From an uncultured delta proteobacterium (GTDB lineage: Bacteria; Myxococcota_A; Polyangia; Polyangiales; Polyangiaceae), in assembly GCA_963850305.1 (NCBI GenBank), contig CAWKKR010000001.1, positions 768,001-832,000 on the forward strand: a stretch of DNA of 64,000 nt, written 5' to 3'. Shown piece by piece: positions 53,015 to 62,967 of this stretch. The notes beneath the pieces were generated by a model that was not told the origin of the DNA, ran no database searches, and was given only the letters and a program-made list of their open reading frames with translations. Position numbers and translations under genes: made by a program. Numbering within the stretch: position 1 is the stretch's first letter; every line of letters begins with the position of its first letter.

Positions 53015-53812
53015 ATGGTTCCCGTCGTCGACGTGTCGGTCGAGAGGCACTATCGGGTCGAGCTCGCGGAGCCCATCCTGGAGGGGATTCGCTTCCGGGT
53101 GCTGCCGGGGGAACACTGGGCGCTCGTCGGCGCGAACGGGTCCGGCAAGAGCACCCTGCTCTCGATCGTATCGGGGGATCTCTGGCCGAGCCTCGGCGTG
53201 GTGCGCGTCCTCGGCGAGGAGTACGGCAGGGTCGACAAGCGGGAGCTCCGCAAGCGCATCGGCGTCGTCAGCGCCGCGCTCGTGTCGAATCTGCCCGCCG
53301 CCGACACGGGGCTCGAGATCGCGGCTTCGGGCATCCGGGCGATGATCGGCCGGCTCGGGCCGCTCGACCCTGAGGAGCTCGCGCGGGGAGCCCGCGCGCT
53401 CGAGCGCGTGCGCGCGACGGACTGCGCTCCGAAGCCGTACGGGGTGCTCTCGCAAGGGGAGCGGCAGCGCGTCATGATCGCCCGCGCTCTCGTGAACGAC
53501 CCCGCGCTCCTGATACTCGACGAGCCGTGCGGCGGGCTCGACCCCGTCGCTCGCGAGCGCTTTCTCGCCGACCTCGGTTCACTCTCGCGCGAACCGAACG
53601 GACCGACTCAGTTGCACGTGACCCACCATCTCGAAGAGGTCCCCCCATTCCTGACCCATGCGTTCGTGCTCCGGAACGGGCGAGAGCTGGCGTCCGGACC
53701 CGTCGCGGACGTGCTCACGTCGGCAGTCCTCACCGAGGCGTTCGGCGCGCCGTGCCGCGTCGACGCGGAGAGCACCGGCGCCGCGCGCCGCTATCGGCTC
53801 TGGGTCAGCTGA
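53015..53812 (+). CDS. ABC ATP-binding protein (YlmA/ModF-like)
   Basis: GANGSGKS, LSQGERQR, DEP and THHLEE motifs. Confidence 0.88.
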   Translation: MVPVVDVSVERHYRVELAEPILEGIRFRVLPGEHWALVGANGSGKSTLLSIVSGDLWPSLGVVRVLGEEYGRVDKRELRKRIGVVSAALVSNLPAADTGLEIAASGIRAMIGRLGPLDPEELARGARALERVRATDCAPKPYGVLSQGERQRVMIARALVNDPALLILDEPCGGLDPVARERFLADLGSLSREPNGPTQLHVTHHLEEVPPFLTHAFVLRNGRELASGPVADVLTSAVLTEAFGAPCRVDAESTGAARRYRLWVS

Positions 53813-54609
53813 TCCGCCGGCACCCTGGACTGCTCGCGGCAGATCTCCGCCTCCTCCTTCGGACAGCTCACCCGGACGTGGAAGTGGTCGTCGTGCGACT
53901 CCGCGTTCTCCGGCTGCTCGAGGAGCGCCGCAGCCTCCGTCACGTAGCGAGCGTACTTCCGGTGGCTCCGCGCGAACGCCAGCAGCCGTTTGCGGAGCGG
54001 ATTGGATACGAAGATGTGGGAAAGGCCCGCGCGCCGATCCTTCGCCCATGACTCGACGAGCAGCCAGTTCCGCTCGTCGTCGAAGAGCAGCGGGCGGCCG
54101 TCCTGCGCCCTCCCGTCGCCGTCGAACGCGACGAATTCGCGCGAGTGCACCGGCCTGCCGCGGAGGTCCGTGACGTAGAACGCCAGATCCGCGTCTCTTC
54201 CGCTCTGGTGCGAGTGATGTCCGGACAGGGGTCCGCCGCTCTTCGCGGACAGATCGCCGACCAGCAAGACCGAGCCTCGGGCCGCGCGCGCGACGTCACG
54301 CGCGCTTCGCTCCAGCATGAGCACGAGCGACGGGTGCCCGTAACACCGGTCGCGGCTCCTCGGGCGAATCCGGAGCTCCGGGGTGTTCGTCAGACGCTTC
54401 GCGCGGAGCTGCCACCCGTCGTTCGGGTACCCCACGGACAGCGACAGCAGCGCGAGCCGTCCGTGCCGGAACTTCGCCGGCAGGTCGGGCGCGTCGCCCG
54501 CGCGGGCGCTCGAGGCTACGAGCGCGGACAAGCTTGCCACGGCGACACTGCAAGCGAGTCCGCGCCCGAGCCGGCAGCGCATCTTCAAGACATTCAAATC
54601 GAAGGGCAC
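53791..54609 (-). CDS. Penicillin-insensitive murein endopeptidase (MepA-like, LAS family)
   Basis: GDLS..GG...HHSHQSGRDAD and HDDHFHVR motifs. Confidence 0.88.
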   Translation of the reverse strand: MPFDLNVLKMRCRLGRGLACSVAVASLSALVASSARAGDAPDLPAKFRHGRLALLSLSVGYPNDGWQLRAKRLTNTPELRIRPRSRDRCYGHPSLVLMLERSARDVARAARGSVLLVGDLSAKSGGPLSGHHSHQSGRDADLAFYVTDLRGRPVHSREFVAFDGDGRAQDGRPLLFDDERNWLLVESWAKDRRAGLSHIFVSNPLRKRLLAFARSHRKYARYVTEAAALLEQPENAESHDDHFHVRVSCPKEEAEICREQSRVPADQLTQSR

Positions 54610-54625
54610 GCGGACGAGCCCCTAG

Positions 54626-54712
54626 CACAACCCCACGGGGGGGCGTTGCCCGCAGCTTGCTTCGCGACTGCGACGAGTAGCGGCGCGGGATTGGTTTGTG
54701 GGGCGTTGCCCG
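54626..54712. repeat. Intergenic structured element related to the 24.1-kb repeats
   Basis: GGGGGGCGT...CGCAG-CTTGCTTCGCGA-CTGCG; GGGGCGTTGCCCGC occurs twice. Confidence 0.55.
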
Positions 54713-54717
54713 CCGGG

Positions 54718-55194
54718 TTATTGGCAGGGCTGGCCGGGGGCGTATCCGATCTGGGCGGGGTCCACGCAGCCCGTGCCGTAGACGGTGTCTTCGTAACCGC
54801 AGGTCCCGTTGGAGCGACAGCATCCCGTCCCGGCGCCGTCGAGAACGAAGGCCGTCGGACAGCTCATGTCCACCGCGCCGCCGTGATCGGGGGTGACGCA
54901 ATAGTTGTCGGGTGACTTTCCGATGAGCATGCCGCACTTCAAGTCCGACGTGCAGCACGCGATCTGACCCGCGCTGACGTTCGAGGGACAGACCGTCGGA
55001 TCGCAGCCGCTGGACAATCCGCCGCCACTGCCACCGCCCGCGCTCTCGCCCGGGCCGCCGGGTCCGCCGATGAGACCGCTGTCACTCGAGGAGCCACACG
55101 CGGCCGTCGCGAACGACGCCGATATCAGGATCACGTAGCCCACCGTGCGGCGCACCCTCCCCGCGCCGGCCGCACACCGAAACTCTCGCTTCAT
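54718..55194 (-). CDS. Small Cys-rich lipoprotein
   Basis: TAAC lipobox, Gly linker and two CC...CG modules. Confidence 0.7.
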   Translation of the reverse strand: MKREFRCAAGAGRVRRTVGYVILISASFATAACGSSSDSGLIGGPGGPGESAGGGSGGGLSSGCDPTVCPSNVSAGQIACCTSDLKCGMLIGKSPDNYCVTPDHGGAVDMSCPTAFVLDGAGTGCCRSNGTCGYEDTVYGTGCVDPAQIGYAPGQPCQ

Positions 55195-55305
55195 GGATGA
55201 AAGGAACGAGCGTAGTTTCAAATGCCGTCGCAGGCGAGAGCGCCTTTCGGCGGTGCGCTCGAAGCACACGCGCGGCGGATGTGGGTGCAGCGACGACCTC
55301 GGCGC

Positions 55306-56028
55306 TCATGCGGGGCGTTCGGCGTCCAGGTGACGGTGCAAAAACGCCGTCATCGTGCCCCAGGCATCGAGCGCGGCTTCGGGTCGGTACGCTTGCGGCC
55401 GCGTGTCGTTCGCGAACGCATGCCCGGCGCCTGCGTACACCTTCACCCGAGCGTCGGGGTCCTTCGCCTGCACGCGGCGCTCGAGCTCCCGGATGTCGTC
55501 GAGCGAGACGAACGCGTCTTCGTCGCCGTAGAATGCGCACACGGGACACACGAGCCGCCTCGCCGCATCGAGCGGCGCCATGGGTTTCTTCATGGGCGAG
55601 AGCGGCGTCGCGGACGCATACAACCCGGTCTCGTACGACAGCACGCCGTAGAACGGCACGATCGCGCGCACGCCGGACACCAATGCGCCCGCGAGCAGCG
55701 CGTACGAGCCGCCCATGCAAAACCCCACGACGCCCGTGCCGCCTCTCGTGTCCGGATGCGCACTCACGAAGTCGACCGCGCGCCGAAGCGTGGCGAGCAC
55801 GTCCGGGTCCGGGAGCTCGCGCAGGAACGCTCCGGGATCGTCTCCGCGCGGACGCTCCGCGAGCCCCCGGTACAGATCCACGGCGAGCACCACGAACCCC
55901 TCGGCTGCGAGCCGCCGCGCGACGTCTCGAAAGTGCTCATACAACCCCCAGACATCGTGAACGACGACCACCCCTGGGCCGCCGCCGTCCGGCACTGCGA
56001 GATATCCGAGCTCGAGCTCCGCTTTCAT
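55306..56028 (-). CDS. Dienelactone hydrolase family protein
   Basis: HDVWG, GFCMGG nucleophile motif and GAGHAF. Confidence 0.92.
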   Translation of the reverse strand: MKAELELGYLAVPDGGGPGVVVVHDVWGLYEHFRDVARRLAAEGFVVLAVDLYRGLAERPRGDDPGAFLRELPDPDVLATLRRAVDFVSAHPDTRGGTGVVGFCMGGSYALLAGALVSGVRAIVPFYGVLSYETGLYASATPLSPMKKPMAPLDAARRLVCPVCAFYGDEDAFVSLDDIRELERRVQAKDPDARVKVYAGAGHAFANDTRPQAYRPEAALDAWGTMTAFLHRHLDAERPA

Positions 56029-56130
56029 CGCGTCCTCGACTGCCACGAAACCGCCCGAAGAGAAACCCCGCAAGCATCAGCGCCAGGGCCGGATTGCGGA
56101 CCCTGGTACGCCGGATGCCGGGCGCGGCGC

Positions 56131-56676
56131 TCAGCGCGTCGCCGGGTACTTCATGAGCTTGCGCTGGAGGCTGCGGCGGTGCAGGCCGAGGAGACGCGCG
56201 GCATGGGAGATGTTGCCTCCGCAGTCCGAGAGCACCCGGTTGATGTGCTCCCACTCGGTGCGTGCCAGCGACGGCACTTCGTAGTCGATGGGCGGCGCAT
56301 CCGAAGGAGGGCCGTCCGCGCGCGAGAAGGCCGCCAGGACCTCGTCCACGTCGGCGGGTTTCGTCAGGTAGTGCGTCGCGCCGAGCCGTACGGCCTCGAT
56401 GGCCGTCGCGATGCTCCCGTACGCGGTGAGGACCACCACGTTCGTCGTCGGGTCGATGGCCTTGAGCTGCCGCACGACCTGGAGCCCCTGCACTCCCGGC
56501 ATGCGCAGATCGACGACCGCGAACTCTGGACTCTCTCGCCGGGCCAGATCGAGCGCGGCTTCCCCATCCGGCGCGGCCCGCACCTCGAAGCCGCGCGTCT
56601 CGAACGCGCGCGCGAGCCGCGTCCGGAAGATGGTGTCGTCATCCACGACGAGCACGGTCCGCGCCGCGTCAGCCAT
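56131..56676 (-). CDS. regA: RegA/PrrA/ActR-type response regulator
   Basis: Receiver domain plus SLARTEWEHINRVL...NISHAARLLGLHRRSLQRKL. Confidence 0.92.
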   Translation of the reverse strand: MADAARTVLVVDDDTIFRTRLARAFETRGFEVRAAPDGEAALDLARRESPEFAVVDLRMPGVQGLQVVRQLKAIDPTTNVVVLTAYGSIATAIEAVRLGATHYLTKPADVDEVLAAFSRADGPPSDAPPIDYEVPSLARTEWEHINRVLSDCGGNISHAARLLGLHRRSLQRKLMKYPATR

Positions 56677-58021
56677 GCGTCGCGCCCTCCGTGTGCGAGC
56701 GAGGGAGCTCGAGCGCCACTCGCGTTCCCTGCCCCTCCTCCGAGGAGTAAGCGAGCTTGCCGCCGCAGCGATCGGCGAACGCGTAAGCCAGGAAGACGCC
56801 GAGGCCCATGCCGCTCCCGGGAGCCTTCGTCGTGAAGAACGGCTCGCCGATGCGCGCCAGGTTCGCCACGCTCATTCCCGAGCCGCGATCGACGACGTGG
56901 AAGCGCACCGCGGCCGGCGTCGCGTCGGCCGCGAGCAGGACATCCTCCGTGCTCGCGTCCACTCCGTTTTGCACGAGGTTCAGGAGCACCTGCACCAGCC
57001 CTTCCACCGGACAGACGAAGCTCACGTCTTCCACCGCGCCCGCCTTCACGCGAGCCGACTTCGCGCCGGAGCGTTCGACGCACCGGGCGACGATCGCGCT
57101 CGACGTGGTGCGCTCCGGGAGCTCTCCGACCGTCTCTCCCGCGCGCGCGCCCATCCGCTGAACGATGGCGTGGCAACGCTCGACCTCGCTCCGGATCAGG
57201 CGCGCGTCTTCGAGCGCCTCGTCCGGAGACGAACGGATCGCCCGCTCGATTTCCTTGGACGCCACGGCGATGGTGCCGAGCGGTGTGCCGAGCTCGTGCG
57301 CCGCCCCGGCCGCGAGCGTCGTGAGCGACGCGAGCTTCTCGGCGCGCGCCGCCACCTGCTGCACCCGCGCCAGCTCCGCCTCCCGCTCGCGGAGCGCGGA
57401 CGCCACGCGCGAGACGAAGTATGCGATCAGGGTCGCGGCGATCGTGAAGGCGACCCACATGCCCTGAAGATGAATCGAGAAGGCCGACCCGCCGTGATGC
57501 GCGTGCTCCAGCGCCACGATCCGTTGATGGCGAAAGAAGAGCACGGCGTACGACGCCGCCGACAGAACGACCGTCGCGAGTGCCCAGCGAAGGCCGAGCA
57601 CGAGCGCCGCCACCGTCACGTAGACGAGGTAGAGGATGCTGAAGGGGTTCGCGGGGCCGCCGGAGAAATAGAGGAGGCCCGTGAGCATGAGCGTGTCGGC
57701 TGCGAGCACGATCACCGCCGCAGCGTCGGAGACCTCGGTGGCTCGCCGGAGCCACAGCGCGAGCGCCGCGTTCGACAGCGCCGTCACGGTCACGAGAATG
57801 CCGAGCGGGAGGATGGGCAGCCCGAGCCGCAAGACGAGCTCCGACGTGAGGATCGTCACCGCCTGGCCGATGACCGCGCCCCAGCGCAGCCGGACGAGCC
57901 ACGCCAGCGTGATGGCGACCGGCGACGCCGCCCGCCCGCCGCCGCGAAGGAGCGGGGCCACGGCTTTCTCGGCCGCGCCGGGAACCCGCGGCGAACCGTC
58001 CGGCGCTGCGAGGCTTTGCAC
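56669..58021 (-). CDS. regB: RegB/PrrB-type sensor histidine kinase
   Basis: LRW, the GGPANPF quinone-binding motif, the AHELGTPL H-box and GMGLG. Confidence 0.9.
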   Translation of the reverse strand: MQSLAAPDGSPRVPGAAEKAVAPLLRGGGRAASPVAITLAWLVRLRWGAVIGQAVTILTSELVLRLGLPILPLGILVTVTALSNAALALWLRRATEVSDAAAVIVLAADTLMLTGLLYFSGGPANPFSILYLVYVTVAALVLGLRWALATVVLSAASYAVLFFRHQRIVALEHAHHGGSAFSIHLQGMWVAFTIAATLIAYFVSRVASALREREAELARVQQVAARAEKLASLTTLAAGAAHELGTPLGTIAVASKEIERAIRSSPDEALEDARLIRSEVERCHAIVQRMGARAGETVGELPERTTSSAIVARCVERSGAKSARVKAGAVEDVSFVCPVEGLVQVLLNLVQNGVDASTEDVLLAADATPAAVRFHVVDRGSGMSVANLARIGEPFFTTKAPGSGMGLGVFLAYAFADRCGGKLAYSSEEGQGTRVALELPRSHTEGATHG

Positions 58022-58085
58022 GACGGCGAGCCTAGCGCACCCGGCGACCCGAGCCGAGAGTGTCCGCGCGCGTCATCGTGATCCC

Positions 58086-58131
58086 TGCGACACCGCGACG
58101 CACGCGGCCCCTCGCCCTTTGGTGTTAAGCT
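58086..58131 (+). promoter_or_regulatory. RegA/RegR-type box plus extended -10
   Basis: TGCGAC-ACCGC-GACGCA (GCGRC-N5-GNCGC) at 58086-58102 and TGtTAAGCT at 58123-58131. Confidence 0.55.
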
Positions 58132-58139
58132 GCGCGCCG

Positions 58140-58541
58140 ATGAACGCCCGCCCGCGCGCTCTCGTCGTGCTCGCCGCGCTCGCCCTCGTGGCGTGCGGCA
58201 GCCCGGAGTCTCCGAAGAACGAGATCACCGCGGGCGAGACGCTGACCGTCACCGGCGACAGCGGCGTCGCGACGGCCAAGATCACCGCGGGCAGCACCAT
58301 CGCCGAGGGACGGAACACGTTTCTCGTCGCGTTCCAGCCGAGCGGGGTCGATCTCACCGCGGCGAGCGCGATGATGCCGTCGATGGGCCATGGCTCGCCC
58401 ACCCCCACGATCGCGGCGACGGCCACGGGCTACACCGTCTCGAACGTGATCTTCAGCATGCCGGGGCTCTGGGAAATCCTCCTCGACGTGACCGTCGACG
58501 GCAAAGCCGATCGACTAGAGTTCTCGACCGACGTTCCATGA
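58140..58541 (+). CDS. YtkA/FixH-like lipoprotein
   Basis: LVAC lipobox, MPSMGHG and FSMPGLW motifs. Confidence 0.8.
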   Translation: MNARPRALVVLAALALVACGSPESPKNEITAGETLTVTGDSGVATAKITAGSTIAEGRNTFLVAFQPSGVDLTAASAMMPSMGHGSPTPTIAATATGYTVSNVIFSMPGLWEILLDVTVDGKADRLEFSTDVP

Positions 58542-59497
58542 GGCGCTTCCTCTCGTTCCGCGCGAGCGCTGCACTGCTGCTCGCCGCCGCGCGCGCGCCC
58601 GCGTGCCCCTGTCAGGGCTCGTCGGGGCCCGGCGGTGCCGTGACGACCTCGATGGACCGATTCGGCGGGAGCGTCACCGAGACGAGCCGCTTCGTCAGCG
58701 GTGAGTGGTTGGCGAACGGGAAGTACGAGCCGCTCGCGCCCGGCGATCAGCAGCTCTCGCTCGATACGACCGTCGCGCTCGGTTACCGGCCCATCCCTGC
58801 GATCGAGCTCGGCGCGGAGAGCGCGTTCGGGCACCAGTCGGTAAGCTCGGCGAGCTCTCCCGCGACGTCGAGCACGCACACGGGCTTCGGCGACCTCATC
58901 CTGCGCGCCCGCTGGGAGGCCCTCGACGAACCGATGCCGTGGGAAAAGACGGCCCTGCCGTGGCCGTCGGTCGCGTTCGTCGCGTCCGTGCGCGCGCCGA
59001 CCGCGTCGCTCGGTCGCGGCACGGAGAGCGTCTTCTCGGGCACGACGGGCTCGGTCGGCTCGGCCGCGTCGAGCGAGGGGCTCGGCGCATGGGAGACCTC
59101 GATGGCCGTCGCTCTGGTCCGGAGCATCGGACCGAAGTTTCAGCTGAACCTCGCGGGCGAGGCCGCGTATCGCTTCGCGGATTCCGCGCTCGGGATCCAG
59201 CGGCACCTCGCGCCGCGCTTTCTCGGCCAGGTCGGCGCGCGCTACTCGCCGTCGACCGCAACGGGCTTCGGCGTCATGACGGACCTCGGCGCCGAGGGCG
59301 ACGTGACGTACCAGGGCGCCGTCGATCCCGCGACGAACATGCGACTCTGGGCGATCGGTGCGTACGCCTTTTATCGCGCGGAGCCCACGGCGCTCCGGTG
59401 CGGCGTCATGGTCCGCTACGAGCCAGCCCTCGACGACGTGAGCCGGAATGCATCGCGAGCGACGAGCTTTGCCGTATCGCTCGGGTACGCGCTCTGA
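58538..59497 (+). CDS. Putative outer-membrane beta-barrel transporter with an N-terminal CPC motif
   Basis: Signal peptide followed by ACPC, GFGD, PT and alternating beta-strands; ATGA overlap. Confidence 0.65.
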   Translation: MRRFLSFRASAALLLAAARAPACPCQGSSGPGGAVTTSMDRFGGSVTETSRFVSGEWLANGKYEPLAPGDQQLSLDTTVALGYRPIPAIELGAESAFGHQSVSSASSPATSSTHTGFGDLILRARWEALDEPMPWEKTALPWPSVAFVASVRAPTASLGRGTESVFSGTTGSVGSAASSEGLGAWETSMAVALVRSIGPKFQLNLAGEAAYRFADSALGIQRHLAPRFLGQVGARYSPSTATGFGVMTDLGAEGDVTYQGAVDPATNMRLWAIGAYAFYRAEPTALRCGVMVRYEPALDDVSRNASRATSFAVSLGYAL

Positions 59498-59684
59498 GTT
59501 TTGGGGCGCACCGCAGGGAAGAGCGCGGCGAGAGCGTGGCCTGGTCCCCGCGCTCCACTCTGCCCTCGTTACAACCCCGCGCTGGCGCGGCTGCAGGTCG
59601 CCCGCGCGTCTCACAGCGTGACCCCTCGTCGCTTCGCGTCTCTGGCCGCGCAACGTCCCTGCGGTGCGCCCCCACTCTCGCTCG

Positions 59685-60221
59685 TCAGAAGTAGAGCATC
59701 CAGTACAGGACCACGCCGCTCACGGACACGTAGAGCCAGAGCGGCAGGGTGCGGCGCGCGATGTACCGGTGGCGGGTGACGTCGCCCATGAGCGCACGAC
59801 GAAGGGTGACGAGGGCGAGGGGGACGATGACGGCGGCGAGCAGGATGTGCGGCAGGAGGACGGCGAAATAGACGGACCGCGTCCAGCCGACGCCGCGGAA
59901 GGGCACCGACCCGACGCGAGCGTGATGTACGAGGTACGTGACGAGGAAGACCGAGGACAGGACGAAGCTCGTCAGCATGCACGCGCGATGGAGGGGGACG
60001 CGCTTCTGCCGGATCGCTCCGTAACCCACCAGTAGAGCCAACGCGGAGCCGCCATTCAAGAGGGCGTTGACGGTGGCCAGCGAATCGGGACCCGTTCCCC
60101 CTCGGACGTCGTGATGGGGCACGCCGTAGACGACGATCGCCACCGCGGCGACGACGAACACGGAGAGTCCGGCGATGACACGCCGCGCTGTAGCCTCGGA
60201 CGGAGACGCGAATGTCGTCAT
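59685..60221 (-). CDS. DUF420 family membrane protein
   Basis: NALLN, H..CM, FLVTYL.HH, HI.LA and PLWLYVSVSGV motifs. Confidence 0.88.
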   Translation of the reverse strand: MTTFASPSEATARRVIAGLSVFVVAAVAIVVYGVPHHDVRGGTGPDSLATVNALLNGGSALALLVGYGAIRQKRVPLHRACMLTSFVLSSVFLVTYLVHHARVGSVPFRGVGWTRSVYFAVLLPHILLAAVIVPLALVTLRRALMGDVTRHRYIARRTLPLWLYVSVSGVVLYWMLYF

Positions 60222-60279
60222 CCGCGCTAGCTAGCGCGTTCGTGGCGCGCGCGGGTAGTGATAAGGTCCGGGGTGGTTC

Positions 60280-60675
60280 ATGTTTCAAGGAAGGGTCAGC
60301 GGCGGCAACCGCAACATCGCAGCGGTCCTGGTCATACTCGCGGTTGCCGCGGCCTGCGCCGACGATGAGGGACCCGGGTCGTTCACGACCGCCGGCACTT
60401 GCTACGCCGGGGACGTGGAGACTTGCACGTGCACGACGGCCGGGCACGTGGGCGCCGCCGGCGTGCACACGTGCGGCGCCGACGGCCGCTTCGCGAGCGA
60501 GTGCCGCTGTGCGGGCTGCACCGTCTCCCCCGATTGCTCTCAATGCCCGAAGGAATGCCTCGAACAATGTCTTTGCGAAACCTCCGGACAGCAGACGGAC
60601 TGCACGGCGCGCTGCGCCCAGGACGCCGGCAAGACGACGGCGAGTTACGAGCCGCCCCAAGGACGAGCCGAATGA
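60280..60675 (+). CDS. Small Cys-rich lipoprotein
   Basis: AAAC lipobox and 14 further Cys. Confidence 0.65.
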   Translation: MFQGRVSGGNRNIAAVLVILAVAAACADDEGPGSFTTAGTCYAGDVETCTCTTAGHVGAAGVHTCGADGRFASECRCAGCTVSPDCSQCPKECLEQCLCETSGQQTDCTARCAQDAGKTTASYEPPQGRAE

Positions 60676-62360
60676 GACGGGCCGGGTTCGCCGCGGGGAC
60701 GGCACTGGTCGTGTCGGCATCCACGGCCCTCGCGCAGGGACCAGTCGTCGCGGCGCCGAACGCCCCTACCCCGCCGGCAGCCGCGCCGAGTGCCGCGCCG
60801 AACGTCGCTCCGCCGCCGGCAGTGCCTGCACCGCCTGCGACGATCACGCCCGCGCCGAGGGCTCGCCGCGCGGCGCCTCCCCCTGACGATGACGTCGAGC
60901 AGCGACTCGTCGTCTACACGGACGGGCAATCGCCGCGGATCGTCGCCTCGGGGACCAGCTCCGTGCACGGGGAGCTCGAGCTCGAGGTCCGGTTCCGGAA
61001 CGCGAACCCGCTCTGTTACGAGTATTCGACGAACGTCGCGGCAAGCCGCGTCGCGGCCAGCGATCAACCCCTCCCCGACCTCGTGCCGGGCCTCGGAGCG
61101 CTCGGCGCCCCTTCATCCACGGGTTTTTCGGGGCTGGAGGACGCGGTCACGGCGGTCAACAACTCCGAGACCGAGCTCGACGACATCGAGAACGCGGCGA
61201 GGATGCAGACGTCGCTCGATGACGTGTGGGCGGCCTGCGACGGCGGGGGCGACTTTCTCATGCAGCGGGCGCGAGTGGAGTCGGCCGCGCGCATCGCCGC
61301 GCAACGGCTCGGACCCCTCGGCGCGTGGCGACGGGTGCTCGAGAACGCGGAAGCGGTCGCGCTCGGCGCCAAGCGTCTATCGCGCGATCTCGCCGCGGGG
61401 GAGCACGACGCGGCGGAGGACGACGAGGCTCGCAAGGTTGCGCTCACGGACGCCGAGCGCAAGGAGAGCGCGACGCGGGCAGCCGTGGCGCGCGCGGGGT
61501 ACACGAAAAAGTCGCAGGCAGAGATCGAGACGGCCGAGCGGGATCTCGCCGCCGCGCAGCGCAAGCTCCGCGAGGGCGATCTGACGCTCATGCGGCACCG
61601 GCGCGCGGGCGAGCTCGAGCACGCCGCGGAACGACTCGCCGACCGCGTTCACCGCACCCTCGACATGCTCGGCACGAACGTCGCGGACATCAGCCGCGCC
61701 CGCTCGCTACTCGCGCGCTCACCGACGGCCATCCGCCGGCGCTTCGGCGTGAACGAGGCCGTGTCCGTGGTCGTCGAGCGCACCCGTCTCGACCGGGGCG
61801 AGCGCGTCGCCGATCGGGGCCCTCAGCGGTTCGAGGTCCCCGCTTACGTGACGCGGCGACCGGTGTTCTTCGACATCGGCATCGGCCCCGCCCTCGGCAT
61901 CGGTCGCGACACGGCGGCGTACGCGGCCGAGTGGGCTCCCGCGAACGCACAAGATCCGAACCCCGCCTGGCGCATCGAACGCACGAAGCAGGGTTTGCCG
62001 CTCGACGGGATGCTGTCGATCAGCGCCTACGTCTGGGAACCCCGGTACTACGACGACAAGGTCTTCGACCCCATGCAGCTCGTGCCGCGGCCGATGCTCG
62101 GAGTCTCGCTCATCCATCCGACGCACGAGCTCTATGCGGGCCTGCAGATCGATCCGCTGCAATTCCTGGATATCTCGGGCGGCGTGCGATTCGCGGACGA
62201 GACGACCCTGGTCGGACCTCAGGTCTCCGACCACGCCCTCATCGACGCAAGCGGTGCCCCGGAGCCGCCCATCACGCGGAACGAGGTGCGCGCATCCGGC
62301 TTCGTGGCGGTCACGGTGAGCGCGAACCTCATCTACAACTTCTTCCGCTCGGGACCATGA
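60672..62360 (+). CDS. Hypothetical secreted protein (Pro linker, coiled coil, beta-rich C-terminus)
   Basis: ATGA overlap, signal peptide ending ALA-Q, and a 562-aa coding-like ORF. Confidence 0.7.
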   Translation: MRRAGFAAGTALVVSASTALAQGPVVAAPNAPTPPAAAPSAAPNVAPPPAVPAPPATITPAPRARRAAPPPDDDVEQRLVVYTDGQSPRIVASGTSSVHGELELEVRFRNANPLCYEYSTNVAASRVAASDQPLPDLVPGLGALGAPSSTGFSGLEDAVTAVNNSETELDDIENAARMQTSLDDVWAACDGGGDFLMQRARVESAARIAAQRLGPLGAWRRVLENAEAVALGAKRLSRDLAAGEHDAAEDDEARKVALTDAERKESATRAAVARAGYTKKSQAEIETAERDLAAAQRKLREGDLTLMRHRRAGELEHAAERLADRVHRTLDMLGTNVADISRARSLLARSPTAIRRRFGVNEAVSVVVERTRLDRGERVADRGPQRFEVPAYVTRRPVFFDIGIGPALGIGRDTAAYAAEWAPANAQDPNPAWRIERTKQGLPLDGMLSISAYVWEPRYYDDKVFDPMQLVPRPMLGVSLIHPTHELYAGLQIDPLQFLDISGGVRFADETTLVGPQVSDHALIDASGAPEPPITRNEVRASGFVAVTVSANLIYNFFRSGP

Positions 62361-62367
62361 AGGAGCG

Positions 62368-62952
62368 ATGACCATTTACCTCGTGCGCCACGGAAGGGCA
62401 GCGGCCGGCGTCGAAGAGCTGGACCCGGGGCTCGACGCCGTCGGGCACTCGCAGGCGGAGCACGCCGCTCAGGCGCTCTCCGGGCTGACGATCGAGCGTC
62501 TCGTCTGTTCACCGCTCCGTCGGACGCGAGAAACGGCCGCACCCATCGCCGCCGCGCTCGGACTCGACGTCGAGATACGAGAAGAAGTATCCGAGGTGTT
62601 CGAGCCGACGCTCTCCGCGAAAAACCGACGCGCCATGCTCGGCGCGTTCCTCTCGGGCCTCTGGAGCGAGCAGGCGGAGGCCCTCGTGCGGTGGCGCGAT
62701 CGCGTGGTCGAGACGCTCATCGGCCTCGGGACGGCGCACACGGTCGTCGTGTCGCACTTCGTGGCGATCTCGGCCGCGATCGGCGCTTCCACCGGGGACG
62801 ATCGCATCTCCCCGTGCGCGCTCGCGAACGCCTCCATCACGACGATGGAGGTGCACGACGGGCACCTGGTGCTCCGCCGCCCCGGCGAGATCGCGCACCT
62901 CCCGCGAGAAGAGATCACCGCGACGAATCACCCGATCCCGGGCCGCCGCTGA
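62368..62952 (+). CDS. Histidine phosphatase (PGM family)
   Basis: LVRHG, SPLRRTRETA and VVSH motifs. Confidence 0.9.
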   Translation: MTIYLVRHGRAAAGVEELDPGLDAVGHSQAEHAAQALSGLTIERLVCSPLRRTRETAAPIAAALGLDVEIREEVSEVFEPTLSAKNRRAMLGAFLSGLWSEQAEALVRWRDRVVETLIGLGTAHTVVVSHFVAISAAIGASTGDDRISPCALANASITTMEVHDGHLVLRRPGEIAHLPREEITATNHPIPGRR

Positions 62953-62967
62953 TCCGGTCGATACGGC

